Shown: positions 1-12,072 of the stretch, piece after piece | Layout: every line of letters begins with the position of its first letter | Numbering within the stretch: position 1 is the first letter of the stretch | Assembly: GCA_052327205.1 (NCBI GenBank) | Contig: CM126202.1 | Coordinates: 351,540,001 to 351,604,000, forward strand | DNA from: Somniosus microcephalus | Taxonomy: Eukaryota | Direction of reading: 5' to 3' | Length of the DNA: 64,000 nucleotides | Position numbers and translations under genes: made by a program | Notes under the pieces: generated by a model | Database searches by the model: none | Told to the model about the DNA's origin: nothing | The model's input: only the letters and a program-made list of their open reading frames with translations

Positions 1-983
1 CAATGGTCGAGAAGACGCGGTACTGCGCGATCTGGTTGACCATATCAGCTATGCGGGGGAGTGGGTAGGCGTCCAGCAGGGTGTAGCGATTTATTGTCTG
101 GCTGTAGTCGATGACCAGGCGCTGCTTCTCGCCAGTCTTAACGACCACAACCTGGGCTCACCAGGGGCTGGTGCTGCCCACAATAATCCCTTCCTTCAGG
201 AGCCGCTCCACTTCGGTTTTAATGAAAACTCTGTCCCCGGCACTGTATCGCCTGCTCTTTGTGGCGATGGGCTTACAGTCGGGGGTGAGGTTAGCAAACA
301 GTGGGGGGTGACTCTGAGTGTGGAGAGGTTGCACCTGGTGTGCGGCGGGCAATTTGGGAGCTGCTGGCTGTGGACTGTGAGTGGGGGAAGGGGTCCACCG
401 TACGCCATCGTAACACTTTTAAGGTGGCACTGAAAATCTAACCCCAGCAGGGCGGCAGCGCAGAGGTCGGGCAGGACCAGAAGTTTAAAATGATCGTACA
501 CGGTCCCGTCTACTACGAGTGTCACTACGCAGTAGCCGCCGATGTCTGCCGACTGGGACTCGGCGGCCATAGAAATCCGCTGGTGCGCAGGCAGGACTGG
601 GAGAGAGCAACGCCGCACCGTGTCGGGGTGGATGAAGCTCTCCGTGCTCCCAGAGTCAAAAAGGCAGATTGTATCGTGGCCATTTACCTTAATGTCCATT
701 GTGGAACTGGCCAGCTGGTGCGGTCTCGCTTGGTCCAGCGTAACGGATGCCAGCGTAGGGGTCGGTGTGTCGCTGCGGGTATCAGATGAGGCGGTGTTGG
801 GGGCCTGCTGCGTTCCGGCTGTCGTCCAAGATGGCGGCGTCCATGATCCCCCATGTGGCTGGAGGCGTCCAAAATGGCTGCTGTACCGGTGGTTCGCACA
901 TGGCCGGGGCGGCCCAAGATGGCGGCCCGCATGGCCCACACGCGGCGCTGCTGGGGTTCGGGGTGGCTTTGGCCCTGCAGACG

Positions 984-1727
984 TTAGCGTAGTGTCCCTT
1001 CTTCCCGCAGCCCGAGCAGATCGCGTTTTTCGCCGGGCAGCGCGCTCTGGGGTGTTTTGCCTGGCCACAGAAGTAGTATTTCTGGCCTTGGGACACTGCT
1101 GCGGTAGTTGGGCCGTGGCTGGGGTGGCACGGCGCTATGAGGTGGTCCTACCGTGTCCCAGGCTGTCATTCCCCGCGGCATCCACGGTGCAGAGGAGTAG
1201 GCATCCATGCCCTGGTAGGCTGCATCCAGTGATAGTGCGAGTTCAGAGGCCTTGTTGAGGTCGAGGTCACTCTGCTCCAACAGTCGCTGTCGGGTGTAAT
1301 TGGATCTGTGGCCCGCGACAAAAGCGTCCCGGATAAGTTCCTCTGTGTACACGGCAGCCTTTACATCCTTACAACCACAGGCCCGGCCAAGCACAGACAG
1401 TGCCTGAAGGTATTCCACGGTCGATTCCCCAGGTTGTTGTTTACGACTCCCCAGAAGGTGCCTGGCGTACAGTTCGTTCACTGGGCGCGTGTACTGGTCC
1501 TTGAGGAGCTTGATAGCGTCCGCGTACGAGGTCGCGTCTTGGATGACCGAGTACACTCGGTGGTTCACTTTGGAGGTCAGGACATCCAGTTTGTCCTTGT
1601 CCGATTTGATTGCTGCGGAGGCGGTCAGGAATTTTTCGAAACACTTAAGCCAGTGAGTAAACTTGGTGGATGAGTCCGCCTCCCGATGATCTAAGTCCAG
1701 GCATGCTGGTGTGAGGATCTTCTCCAT
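984..1727 (-). pseudogene. Gypsy gag ORF (frameshifted before the zinc knuckle)
   Basis: RHLLGSRKQQPGESTVEYLQAL and LIRDAFVAG...TRQRLLE are typical Gypsy gag motifs. Confidence 0.85.
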
Positions 1728-1749
1728 TATAAAATTTTGTTAATAAAAT

Positions 1750-1951
1750 TGATGCGCTATCAATTACTCATAAAAGACTGAGAGTTAAGAGAGTAACTAA
1801 AGGCTTTTATTAACAAAAGAATGAAGGTCGACCGGTCCAGAATACAAAGGGGGCTGGGGAGCAGTCACCTTTATACTAGGACTTGTGGGAGGAGTCAGCC
1901 GAGGCATGTCCAGGCATGTACACAGTGGAATACAAACAGTGGTTTACCACA
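1750..1951 (-). repeat. 5' LTR (202 bp) of the Gypsy element
   Basis: Minus strand reads TGTGGTAAACC...AGCGCATCA (TG...CA), with TATAAA near 1870-1875 and AATAAA near 1806-1811; gag ATG is 22 nt downstream. Confidence 0.8.
1902..1921. promoter_or_regulatory. p53-family response element in the LTR
   Basis: AGGCATGTCC-AGGCATGTAC: two RRRCWWGYYY half-sites, zero spacer, 19/20 match. Confidence 0.55.
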
Positions 1952-3722
1952 TTAGCTAATATACCAAAGTACTTCAAGCCAATATCTTTCTAATTTTCTC
2001 TAAGGAACATGATGAATAGAAGTTTTGTCACAATTCAAATGATTATAATTTTGTAGGTGCAGCATGGCAAGCTAAACCAGGCCCACAGATGACGTGGCTG
2101 CCATAACACTAATTCACCGTGGTATTTTTTTTCAATCATGGTAGTGTTACCGTAGAATCTACAGCAGTGACTTTATGCTATTGTTTAATGTTCAAACCTG
2201 CTCCATAGTTTATAGTTTAAGGTGAATGATCTGATAGAATGCTTATTCCTCTGCTGGACTCGGGGAATATGAGGGAGCTGGTACCAATTCCAGAAGGCGA
2301 TTACAGTTATGGTTTCTGTTCAGTCCCTGGCCAAGGCTACATTACCAGATACTGTGTGTATGAAGTCATACTTTAGTTTGTAGAGAGCAAGGGCTCACTT
2401 GCAGATGTGGTCTTTGGCAAAGTAAAGGCTAAAAACATGACAATAACTATGGAATTTATGAAGACTGCAATTCCCCATTGTTCACATGCCCATAGTATGG
2501 CATTCTGTAGGACACAGAACTTTAGATGTTAGGTGTATCATGCCTTTTTTTTTTTGAGAGGAGAAGCATGTACAGCTGCCTGAGTTTCATGGGGAGTCTT
2601 TGGTTGGATCTGGATGATAGATTTTCTACATTAAAGGTGATATATAAATGCATGTTGCAAAAAAAATGACCACAAACATGCAGGGCACATGTGAGTGCCT
2701 GTTTAGTTTACGTCTTTTTCTGAATCACGCCAAAGTGGGCAGTCATGTCATTGAGTAATAAATTTTACAGTCTTAACTGTTCTAATTGTTAAACCCTGTG
2801 GATAAGTTCAGATGATGGTCCCATTTTATACTTTAATGCAATCCATCCATGATGACTGCATACTTTGAAATGTTCCATGGAGAAAAAAAATTAACTTTTT
2901 TGTTACGGGAAAATTAAGTGTACAGCTGCAAGGGGTGCAGTGAATTCCTGTACCTTTAACAGATTGTTGGAGGAATAGTTGAGGGAAACTTTTTATTTGC
3001 TAATTTTTGTCTCACCAGTCTGGCATTCTTTGAGACTTCTGTCAAGTAGATTGACACAGTTTTATAGGATAAACTAATTTTTATTCCCTCTTAAGGCAGA
3101 CTACAGATGGCAGTGTTATTTACCAAGATCGTTAACTTGACAATATTCGTATAATTTTGATGAAATGCCTGTGCAAGTTGAACCCAATTGGATTTGGTAA
3201 CGATGTATTTTTGTAGATCATTTATATTGCTTGTGGATCAGTTGATACGCTGTTCGTGTTGCAACTGATGAATCTATGATAAGTAGAAGTTTTACGGAAG
3301 TTGAGGAATATGTTCATAATCGAATACAAGTGGTCAAACCAAGAGCAGCAAGTATAATGGAAAAAAAGTTTGTGATATAAATGTGGCAGCAGTAAGTTTT
3401 TGTAGACTGGAAGTGTACACAGAGGTAACATTTTTAATATATAGGTTTGCCACTTGACATTAAATGGACTACTTTTAAAACTGAAATTGCAGTTTTTGCA
3501 TGTCATTGATTTGCATTGTGTGGGGGGAATGATGAAAGCAGATTTTCATCATTGCACTAAAAACAAAACCGGTTTGCGGGGATTAAAAGGAAAGACTGAT
3601 GCAGATATAACGTGAAATAAATACACCGGTTGTGTTTACCCCGGCAATACTTTTAATAACAAAGCTTAACTTGTTATGTATTTTGAAATGTCTGCTTTCA
3701 CGTTTTACATGATTGCTTATAG

Positions 3723-3869
3723 GCAATTCAGAAAGGTAATACAGAAGTAGCAAGAATACATGCAGAAAATGCAATCCGGCAAAAGAACCAGTCCATCAAC
3801 TTTCTGCGAATGAGTGCCAGAGTGGATGCTGTGGCAGCGCGTGTTCAGAGTGCAGTTACAATGGGCAAG
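3723..3869 (+). CDS. CHMP1B: CHMP1B coding exon (first in window; upstream exons lie outside it)
   Basis: AG|...|GT, 147 bp; [49 protein letters not shown] matches vertebrate CHMP1B. Confidence 0.96.
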
Positions 3870-4079
3870 GTAATGGACCTTTCTGATATCTACATCCAAG
3901 TTAGCATACTTAGATGTGAGCCAATAGAAAAATATTTCAAAGTATTAGAAATGTCATATTTAACTTGGTGTGCGTGTTCCATTTTTGAATATCAGGATGG
4001 GAGCAATGACAGTCTTGCATCTCTGCTTTAATGGATGTCCACTGAGAAGTGGTCCCTCAATGGCATTGTATAGTGAATC

Positions 4080-5500
4080 AGCCTTTGTTATCTGCCGCCT
4101 CCCAAATCTGTGCCCACCTTGTACATGGTTCCCTCCAGTTTGAATCACTCCAGTCAGGTTTCCCTGAAAAGGCCCTAACCAAAGTCACAAATTACATCCT
4201 CTGTGACTGTCTCTTCGCAACATCTCATTCGACCACACCAGCCTCGTCCAATGCCTCTCCACCATTCTCCAGCTTAGCGGGACTGCCCTCACTTGGTTCC
4301 ACTCTTGCCTGTTAAATCGTAGCCAGAGTATCTCCAGCAATGCATTCTTCTCCTTCCCCTGCATAATACTATGGAATCCTTGATCCTTGTACTCCTCCTC
4401 CTCCTCGTCTACATGCTGTCTTTTGACGATGTCATCCACAAACATGAGGTCAGGTTCCATATGTATGCTGATGACACCCAGCACTACCTCTCCATCCCCG
4501 TTCTTGACCGTTCCCACTGCCTCTGTGTTGTCAGATTGCTAGTCTGACAACCTGCCTTGGATGGGCTACAGTTTCCTCCACTTTAATATTGGGAAGACTG
4601 CAGCCATTGTCTTCGGCCCCCCCACCACAAACTTTATTCCCTTGCCATTGATTCAGTCCATCTCCCTGGTCAGTGTCTCGGGCTGAACAAAATTTTTCAC
4701 AACCTCACCATCCAATTCAACCCCAAGCTGAGCTTCAAACCCCTATCCTCTATCATTAAGACTGCCTACCTCCACCTCCATAACATTGTCTGCCTGCCTG
4801 AGCCTTTGCCACCTCCATACTCAAGTAGTACAATGCTATCCTGGTCGGTGCCTCATCCTCCACCCGCTGTGAACTTCAGCTAATCCAACACTCTGCTGCT
4901 GGTATCCTGTCCTTTACCAAGTCCGGCTCACCCATCACTCCTGTCCTTGCTGACCTGCATTGGCTCCTGATCCTTCAATGCCTCACATTTAAAATTCTTA
5001 TCCTTGTGCTTTGATTCCCTTCATGGGCTTGCATGTCCCTATTTCAGTAACTGCCTTCAGCCCTACAACCTTCCTCAAATTCTGTTCTTCTGACTCTGGC
5101 CTTGTATGCATCTCCTCCCACTTCACTCTACCTTTGGCAGCCAAGGTGTAGCCATGCCTTCAACCACCTAGGCCCCACGCTCTGGAATTCTCTCCCTAAA
5201 CCCCTCCAGATCTGCACATACCTCTCCTCCTTTAACACCCATCAGCCCTGTGTTCGCTGACCTACATTGGCTCCCACTTTGGCAACACCTCGATTTTTAA
5301 AAATTTTCATCCTTGTGTTCAAATCCATCCCTATCTCTCTAACCTCCTCCAGCCCTACAACCCTCAGATCTCTGTGCTCCTCCATTTCTGGCCTCCTGCT
5401 CATCACTGATTTTCTCTCGCCATTGGCAGCCGTGCCTTCAACTGCCTAGACCCTAAACTCTGGAATTCCCTCCATAAACCTCTTCGCCTCTTACCTCTAT
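4080..5500 (+). mobile_element. Degenerate L2 LINE 3' portion (two tandem 3' segments), continuing at 7879-8155 after a CR1 insertion
   Basis: TATGCTGATGACACCCAGCACTACCTC (YADDTQ.Y, L2-type RT); LHWL segment repeated near 4950 and 5260; TTTGACCAAGCTTTTGGTCACC 3' hairpin after the CR1. Confidence 0.75.
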
Positions 5501-7878
5501 ATACGGGATGGTTTCCTGGACCAATATGTCGAGGAAACAACTACAGATCAGGCCATCTTAGACTGGGTATTATGTAATGAGAAAGGATTAATTAGCAATG
5601 TTGTCGTGCGAGGCCCATTGGGGAGGAGCGATCATAATATGATAGAATTCTTCATTAAGATGGAGAGTGAAGTAGTTGACTCAGAGACTAGGGTCCTGAA
5701 TTTAAATAAAGGAAACGATGATGGTATGGGCCGCGAGTTGGCTAGGATGGATTGGGGAACGTTACTTAAAGGGTTGACAGTGGATAGGCAATGGCAAACA
5801 TTTAAAGGTCGCATGGATGAACTACAGAATTTGTTCATCCCTGTTTGGCATAAAAATAAAACAAAAAAGGTGACTCAACCGTGGCTAACAAGGGAAATTA
5901 GGGATAGCGTAAGATCCAAGGAGAGGACATATAAATTGGCCAGAAAAAGCAGCAAACCTGAGGATTGAAAGCAGTTTAGGATTCAGCAAAGGAGGACAAA
6001 TGGATTAATTAAGAGGGGGGAAAATAGAATATGAGAGTAAGCTTGCTGGGAACATAAAAACTGACTGTAAAAGCTCCTATAGATATGTGAAGAGAAAAAG
6101 GTTGGTGAAGTCAAGCGTAGGTCTCTTGCAGTCAGAATCAGGGGAATTTATAATGGGGAACAAAGAAATGGCAGACCAATTAAATACATACTTTGGTTCT
6201 GTCTTCACAAAGGAGGACACAAATAACCTTCCAGGGATGTCGGGGAACATGGGGTCTAATGAGAGGGAGGAATTGAATGAAATCAGTATTTGTAGGGGAA
6301 TGGTGTTAGGGAAATTGACGGCATTGAAGGCCAATAAATCCCCAAGGCCTGATAATCTACATCCTAGGGTACTTAAGGAAGTGGCCCTAGAAATAGTAGA
6401 TGCATCTTCCAAAATTCTATAGACTCTGGAATAGTTCCCATGGATTGGAGGGTAGCTAATGTAACCCCACTATTTAAAAAAGGTGGTAGAGAGAAAACGG
6501 GGAATTATAGGGCGTAAGCCTGACATCGGTAGTGGGGAAAATGCTAGAGCCCATTATAAAAGATGTAATAGCAGAGCACTTGGAAAACAGTGACAGGATC
6601 GGACAAAGTCAACATGGATTTACAAAAGGTAAATCGTGCTTGACTAATCTACTGGAATTTATTGAGGATGTAACTGGTAGAATAGATAAGGGAGAACCAG
6701 TGGATGTGGTGTATTTGGACTTTCAGAAGGCTTTAGATAAGGTCCCGCATAAGAGATTGGCTTGCAAAGTTAAAGCACATGGGATTGGGGGTAAGGTACT
6801 GACTTGGATAGAGAACTGGTTGGCAGACAGGAAGCAAAGAGTTGGAATAAACGTGTGTTTTTCCGAGTGGCAGGCAGTGACTAGTGGGGTACCGCAGGGA
6901 TCGGTGCTAGGACCCCAGCTATTCACAAAATATATATTAATGATCCAGATGAGTGAACTAGATGTAATATCCAAGTTTGCAGATGACACAAAGCTGGGTG
7001 GGCATGTGTGCTGTGAGGAGGATGCAGAGAAACTCCAGTATGATTTTGGCAGATGCAGTATATAATGTAGATAAATGCGAGGTTATCCACTTTGGTGGCA
7101 AAAACAGGAAGGCAGATTATTATCTGAATGGCAATAGATTGGGAAAAGGGGAAGTGCAAGGAGACCTGGGTGTCCTTGTGCACCAGTCGCTGAAGGTAAG
7201 CATGCAGGTGCAGCAGGCGGTTAAGAAGGCAAATGGTATGTTGGCCTTCATAGCGAGAGGGTTTGAGTACAGGAGCAAGGATGTCTTGCTGCAGTTGTGC
7301 AGGGCCTTAGTGAGACCACACCTTGAGTATTGTGTGCAGTTTTGGTCGCCTTATCTAAGGAAGGATGTTCTTGCCATGGAGGGAGTGCAGCGAAGATTCA
7401 CCAGACTGATACCTGGGATGGCAGGAATGACGTATGAGGAGAGATTGGGTCGATTAGGCTTATATTCGCTAGAGTTTAGAAGAATGAGGGGATCCCATTG
7501 AAACTTATAAAATTCTAACAGGACTAGACAGACTAGATGCAGGAAGGATGTTCCCAATGGTGGGGGAGTCCAGAACTAGGTGTCACAGTCTAAGGATAAG
7601 AGGTAAGCCATTTAGGACTGAGATGAGGAGGAATTTCTTCACCCAGAGAGTGGTGAACCTATGGAATTCTCTACCACAAGGCAGTTGAGGCCAACTTATA
7701 TTAAATATATTCAAGGAGGAGTTAGATATATTTCTTAAGGCTAAAGGGATCAAGGGATATGGGGAGAAAGCAGGGACAGGGTACTGAATTTGGATGATCA
7801 GCCATGATCTCATTAAATGGCGGAACAGGCTCGAGGGGCCGAATGGCCTACTCCTGCTCCTATCTTCTATGTTTCTAT
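5501..7878 (+). mobile_element. 5'-truncated CR1 LINE (ORF2 remnant with frameshifts)
   Basis: [60 protein letters not shown]; single 3' stem-loop and TTCTATG-type tail. Confidence 0.95.
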
Positions 7879-8155
7879 CCTCCTTTAAGTCGCTCCTTAA
7901 AACCTACCTTTTTGACCAAGCTTTTGGTCACCAGTCATAATAACCCTTTGTGATAGCGCTCCTATGAAGTGCCTTGGGAGGTGCTATATAAATGCAAGTT
8001 ATTGTTGAAAACTCACCTTTGACCAAGCTTTTGGTCACCTTTCCTAATATGTGCTCCTTTAACTCAGAATGCATTTTTTTTAATTATGCCTCTATGAAGC
8101 ACCTCGGGACGGTTATCTACATTAAAGACACTATACAAATACAAGTTGTTATTGT
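7879..8155 (+). mobile_element. L2/L2-tailed SINE 3' ends (two tandem)
   Basis: TTTGACCAAGCTTTTGGTCACC twice, each followed by a CTATA.AAAT.CAAGTT.TT.TTG tail. Confidence 0.6.
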
Positions 8156-8272
8156 GAGCCTTATATTTTATCTAAATATTTGGCCAGAACAGCAGGTGAT
8201 GTATGCTAGTTCTTTTCCATATGTGGAATACAGAATTTGTTCCAAGTGTGTGACATAACCCGACCCTAAATA

Positions 8273-8566
8273 CAGGAAACCTTGTGTTATCCGGAGGCTA
8301 AATGTCCGGCCAGCTCGAGCCACTGGCAAAAATCAGGAGCTGTTTTTTTTCTTTTCGTTGCTTTTTTCTCAACAGGCAAGGTCTGTAGCTAAGCTTCAGC
8401 TAGAGACGCTACAGAGACGCTTGCCGACTGTTTAGAACAGGGTTTGTTGATTCTCACGGAGCTGAAAATCTCTGTATGCTTCAACATTAGCGCTGGAGTG
8501 TCCAGCAGTTTTGAGGGAACGGCAACAGCTCGGTCCCGTCGGTGCCGGATAGCACAAAGTTTCCTG
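8273..8566. mobile_element. Tc1/mariner (pogo/Tigger-like) MITE
   Basis: TA|CAGGAAACCTTGTGTTATCCGG ... CCGGATAGCACAAAGTTTCCTG|TA; ~22-bp TIR, TA TSD; inverted second copy at 20596-20934. Confidence 0.85.
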
Positions 8567-9097
8567 TATCTTGTCAGGAGTCCAAACAGTTTAAAATACA
8601 TTGTGCAGTAGTTCTTGCCATTACTGTTTGCCACTTCCCCATTCTGATTGGCCCTAACACACTGGGGCATCAACTGTGCAAGTCAAACCATCTTGCTGGG
8701 GCCGCACAACAAATTACTGCAAAATTCACTCAAAGATGCAGAACATAAGCAAGATAGAGGCCAACAAATCTCTCATAAAATCACGATTCTTATTAGTACC
8801 CACATATTCCTTCACTCCCTTATTTGATCAAACTGCAAACTTGTCATCAGTGGTGCTAGTACATATTATTGCATGATGTACAATAACAAAAAGCTATTGT
8901 GTCCAACCAGACTTCCACTCACAATGCAAGTTTCTTTAACTTGTAACTATATGACATGAGCTATACCCTTGCAATGTATGTGTTCATATAAAGGATACGA
9001 TATATGGAACTGCTGAGTAGCAGCTTTGCTGCACAGATTGATTATGATTATGAATTATTTTCTGCATTTAGCCAAATTGTCACTTTTTTTGTTTTAG

Positions 9098-9166
9098 GTA
9101 ACCAAATCTATGGCAGGAGTTGTCAAATCCATGGACATCACCTTGAAAAGCATGAACCTGGAAAAG
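9098..9166 (+). CDS. CHMP1B: CHMP1B coding exon
   Basis: ttttag|GTAACC...GAAAAG|gtacc, 69 bp, VTKSMAGVVKSMDITLKSMNLEK. Confidence 0.96.
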
Positions 9167-9701
9167 GTACCTTTTAACCTAGACGACTTTAGTTCAGTAA
9201 CCAGTCATTGTAGCTGTGTCTCTCAAAGAAGGCCAGCTTTTAGTTACTAATTTTAAAAATATTGCATTCAAACTAAAATGGATTTGTAACTGTCGCTATG
9301 TTTTTTTGTGTATGTATAATTTTCATATCTCAGTTTAATTGTGGGAGTTCCTTCAACCAATGAGACTGTAGAACCAGAGCCCATTTTTCCCTTCAATCAG
9401 ATCCTGGAACTGGGAGCTAATTAGATCCCAGAATCATTCTTTGTCTCATTTGATTAACCTTTTGGTGACTGAACCAATCACATTCTGCCAAAAGAAAATT
9501 TGTGTGCTACATCAGACATGATTGTTGTTCACCTATCCCACAATATACTTCTGAAAATTGACATTTATAACACACTAAATATCTGTAAAAAGCATAGCCT
9601 AGCTGATGGTTTTGATCCAAATTGCTTGCAAACAGCAGCAATATAATTTGAGTGAAAGCCTGAATTTGATTCTGTAGATTTGGAAGTAGACGCTATCAAT
9701 A

Positions 9702-10487
9702 GGGAACGGTAACATAGTGGTTATGTTACTGGACTAATGATCCAGAGACATGAGTTCAAATCACACCACGGCAGCTGGGGAATTTAAGTTCAGTTAATCA
9801 AATAAATCTGGAATAAAAAGCTAGTATAAGTAATGGTGACCATGAAACTATCGATTGTCGTAAAAACCCATCTGGTTCACTAATGTTCTTTAGGGAAGGA
9901 AATCTGCCGTCCTTACCTGCTCTGGCCTGTATGTGACTCCAGACCCACAGCAATGTGATTGACTCTTAACTGCCCTCTGAAATGGCCTAGCAAGCCACTC
10001 AGTTGTAATAAACCGTTACGAAAAACAATAATAAGAATAAAACCAGACTGACCATCCGGCATCGACCTAGATACCAGCTACGGACACGACAATGGCACAA
10101 CCAGCCCAGTCGACCCTGCAAAGTCCTCCTCGCGAATATCTGGGGACTTGTGCCAAAATTGGGTGAGCTGTCCCACAGATTAGTCAAGCCTGATGTAGTT
10201 ATACTCACAGAATCGTAACTTTGTCAATGTCCCAGACTCCTCCATTGCCATCCCTGGGTATGTCCTGTCCCACCGACAGACCCATCAGAGGTGGCGGCAC
10301 AGTAGTATACAGTCGGGAGTGGCAATCCTCAACATTGACTCTGGACCCCATGAAATCTAGTGGCTTCAGGTCAAGCATGAGCAAGGAAACCTGCTGATTA
10401 CCACCTACTGCCCTCCCTCAGCTGATGAATCAGTACTCCTCCATGTTGAACACCACTTGGAAGAAGCACTGAGGGTAGCAAGGGCAC
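9702..10487 (+). mobile_element. tRNA-derived head joined to the 5' end and endonuclease region of a non-LTR retrotransposon (RTE-X-like; clade uncertain)
   Basis: A-box-like TAACATAGTGG (9710-9720), B-box GAGTTCAAATC (9752-9762); downstream ANIWGLVPKLGELSHRLVKPDVVILTES resembles an APE endonuclease N-terminus. Confidence 0.7.
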
Positions 10488-10499
10488 TACTGGCCGAGA

Positions 10500-11018
10500 G
10501 ATTGAAGTCCTCCACCCAGAGTACATTCTGTGCCCTTGCTACTCTGTGCTTCTTCCAAGTGGTATTAAACATGGAGGAGTACTGATTCATCAGTTGAGGG
10601 TGGGTGGTCGGTGGTAATCAGCAGGAGGTTTCCTTGCTCATGCTAGACCTGAAGCCATGAGATTTCATGGGGTCTGGAGTCAATGTTGAGGACTCCCAGG
10701 GTCACTCCTTTCTGACTGTATGCCACTGTGCCGCCACCCCTGATGGGTCTGTCCTGCCAGTGGGATAGGACATACCCAGGGATGGTGATGGAGTTTGGGA
10801 CATTGGCTGAAAAGGATGATTCTGTGAGTATGACCGTCAGGCTGTTGCTTGACTAGTCTGTGGGACAGCTCTCCTAATTTTGGCACAAGTCCCCAGATGT
10901 TGGTGAGGAGGACTTTGCAAGGTCGACCGGGCTGGGTGTGCCGTTGTCGTGTCCGTAGTCGGTGCCGAGATCGATGCCGGGTGATCTGTCCGTTTTTTTA
11001 TTGTTTTTCGTAGCGATG
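10500..11018 (-). mobile_element. Inverted second copy of the same LINE endonuclease region
   Basis: Reverse complement aligns by eye to 10018-10487; ORF MPKLGELSHRLVKQQPD. Confidence 0.8.
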
Positions 11019-11019
11019 A

Positions 11020-12072
11020 GTGGTATGTAACAGTCTCATCACACAAGTGCCAGGCAATGACTATCTCCAACAAGAGAGCGTCTAACCACCACCCCTTGAC
11101 ATTCAACGGCATTACCATCGTCGAATCCCCCACCGTCAACATCCTGGGGGGTGGTCACCATTGATGGACGCTACAGATGCATTCGCACCCGTACGACCAG
11201 ATTTAGGAACAGCTTCTTTCCCAGGGCTGTCATCCTACTGAACTCCACAAATAAACTCTCAAGCCTGCACATCTGCCAATGCACTTTATTATGGTTATGT
11301 TTGTTAATGTATTACAAGCCAAATGTATGTTGAATGTTTAAATGTCTTAATCTAAATGTACACTCTCGGGAGCCGCGCAAGCCTACATTTCGTTGTACTG
11401 CACTTGTGCACTAACAATGACAATAAAGTTGATTATGATTATGAACTGGACCAGCCACATAAATATTGTGGCAACAAGAGCAGGTGAGATGCTAGGTATT
11501 CTGCGGTGAGTGTCTCGCCTCCTGACTCCCTAAAACCTTTCCACCATCTACAAGGCACAAGTCAGGAGTGTGATGGAATACTCTCCATTTGCCTGGATGA
11601 GTGCAGCTCCAACAACACTCAAGAAGCTTGACACCATCCAGGACAAAGCAGCCCGCTTGATTGACACCCCATCCACCACCATAAACATTCACTCCCTCCA
11701 CCACCAGCACACCGTGGCTGCAGTGTGTACCATCTACAAGATCTACTGCAGCTGCTTGCCAAGGCTTCTTTGACAGCACCTCCCAAATCCACGACCTCCA
11801 CCACCTAGAAAGACAAGGGCAGCAAGCACATGGGAACACCATCACCTCCAAGTTACACACCATCCTGACTTGGAAATATATTGCCATTCCTTCATCGTCG
11901 CTGGGTCAAAATCCCGGAACTTGCTCCATAACAGCACTGTGGGAGTACCTTCACCACACGGACTGCAGTGGTTCAAGGCAGCTCACCACCACCTTCTCGA
12001 GGGCAATTAGGAATGGGCAATAAATGCTGGCCTCGCCAGCAACGCCCACATCCCACAAACACATAAAAAAAT
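11020..12072 (+). mobile_element. 3' end of the RTE-X-like LINE, interrupted by a Rex1 fragment
   Basis: YKAQVRSVMEYSPFAWMSAAPTTLKKLDTIQDKAARLI; 3' end GGGCAATTAGGAATGGGCAATAAATGCTGGCC plus A-rich tail; related copies at 22021 and 46652. Confidence 0.8.
11165..11443 (+). mobile_element. Rex1/Babar LINE 3' fragment
   Basis: GRYRCIRTRTTRFRNSFFPRAVILLN C-terminal motif; AATGACAATAAAG followed by a (GATTAT)n tail; host LINE resumes on both sides. Confidence 0.75.

Larger units (their letters stand above)
1..1951 (-). mobile_element. Gypsy/Ty3 LTR retrotransposon, 5' part (LTR, gag, protease, start of RT); runs off the window start; antisense in a CHMP1B intron
   Basis: Gag-like ORF 984-1727, CCHC knuckle and CSGCGKKGHYANVC (782-1096), protease LFDSGS (196-1068), RT start (EVERLLKEGII..SPW, then DYSQTINR). 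These pieces lie in different frames, so the copy is degenerate. Confidence 0.93.

Noticed and set aside
490-1673. Long + strand ORFs (238, 121 and 99 aa)
   Set aside because: Antisense shadows of GC-rich Gypsy coding sequence.
196-1727. Programmed gag-pol frameshift in the first Gypsy
   Set aside because: At least three frame changes, including inside gag and before RT; more consistent with decay.
3528-3600. ATGATGA...CTGA, possible intronic C/D snoRNA
   Set aside because: The C box is buried in a 10-bp hairpin (AATGATGAAA/TTTCATCATT); no terminal stem or recognisable rRNA guide.
3810-4031. ORF-track proteins extending CHMP1B exons (also 15041-15274 and 21616-21825)
   Set aside because: Read-through into introns; homology stops exactly at the GT/AG boundaries.
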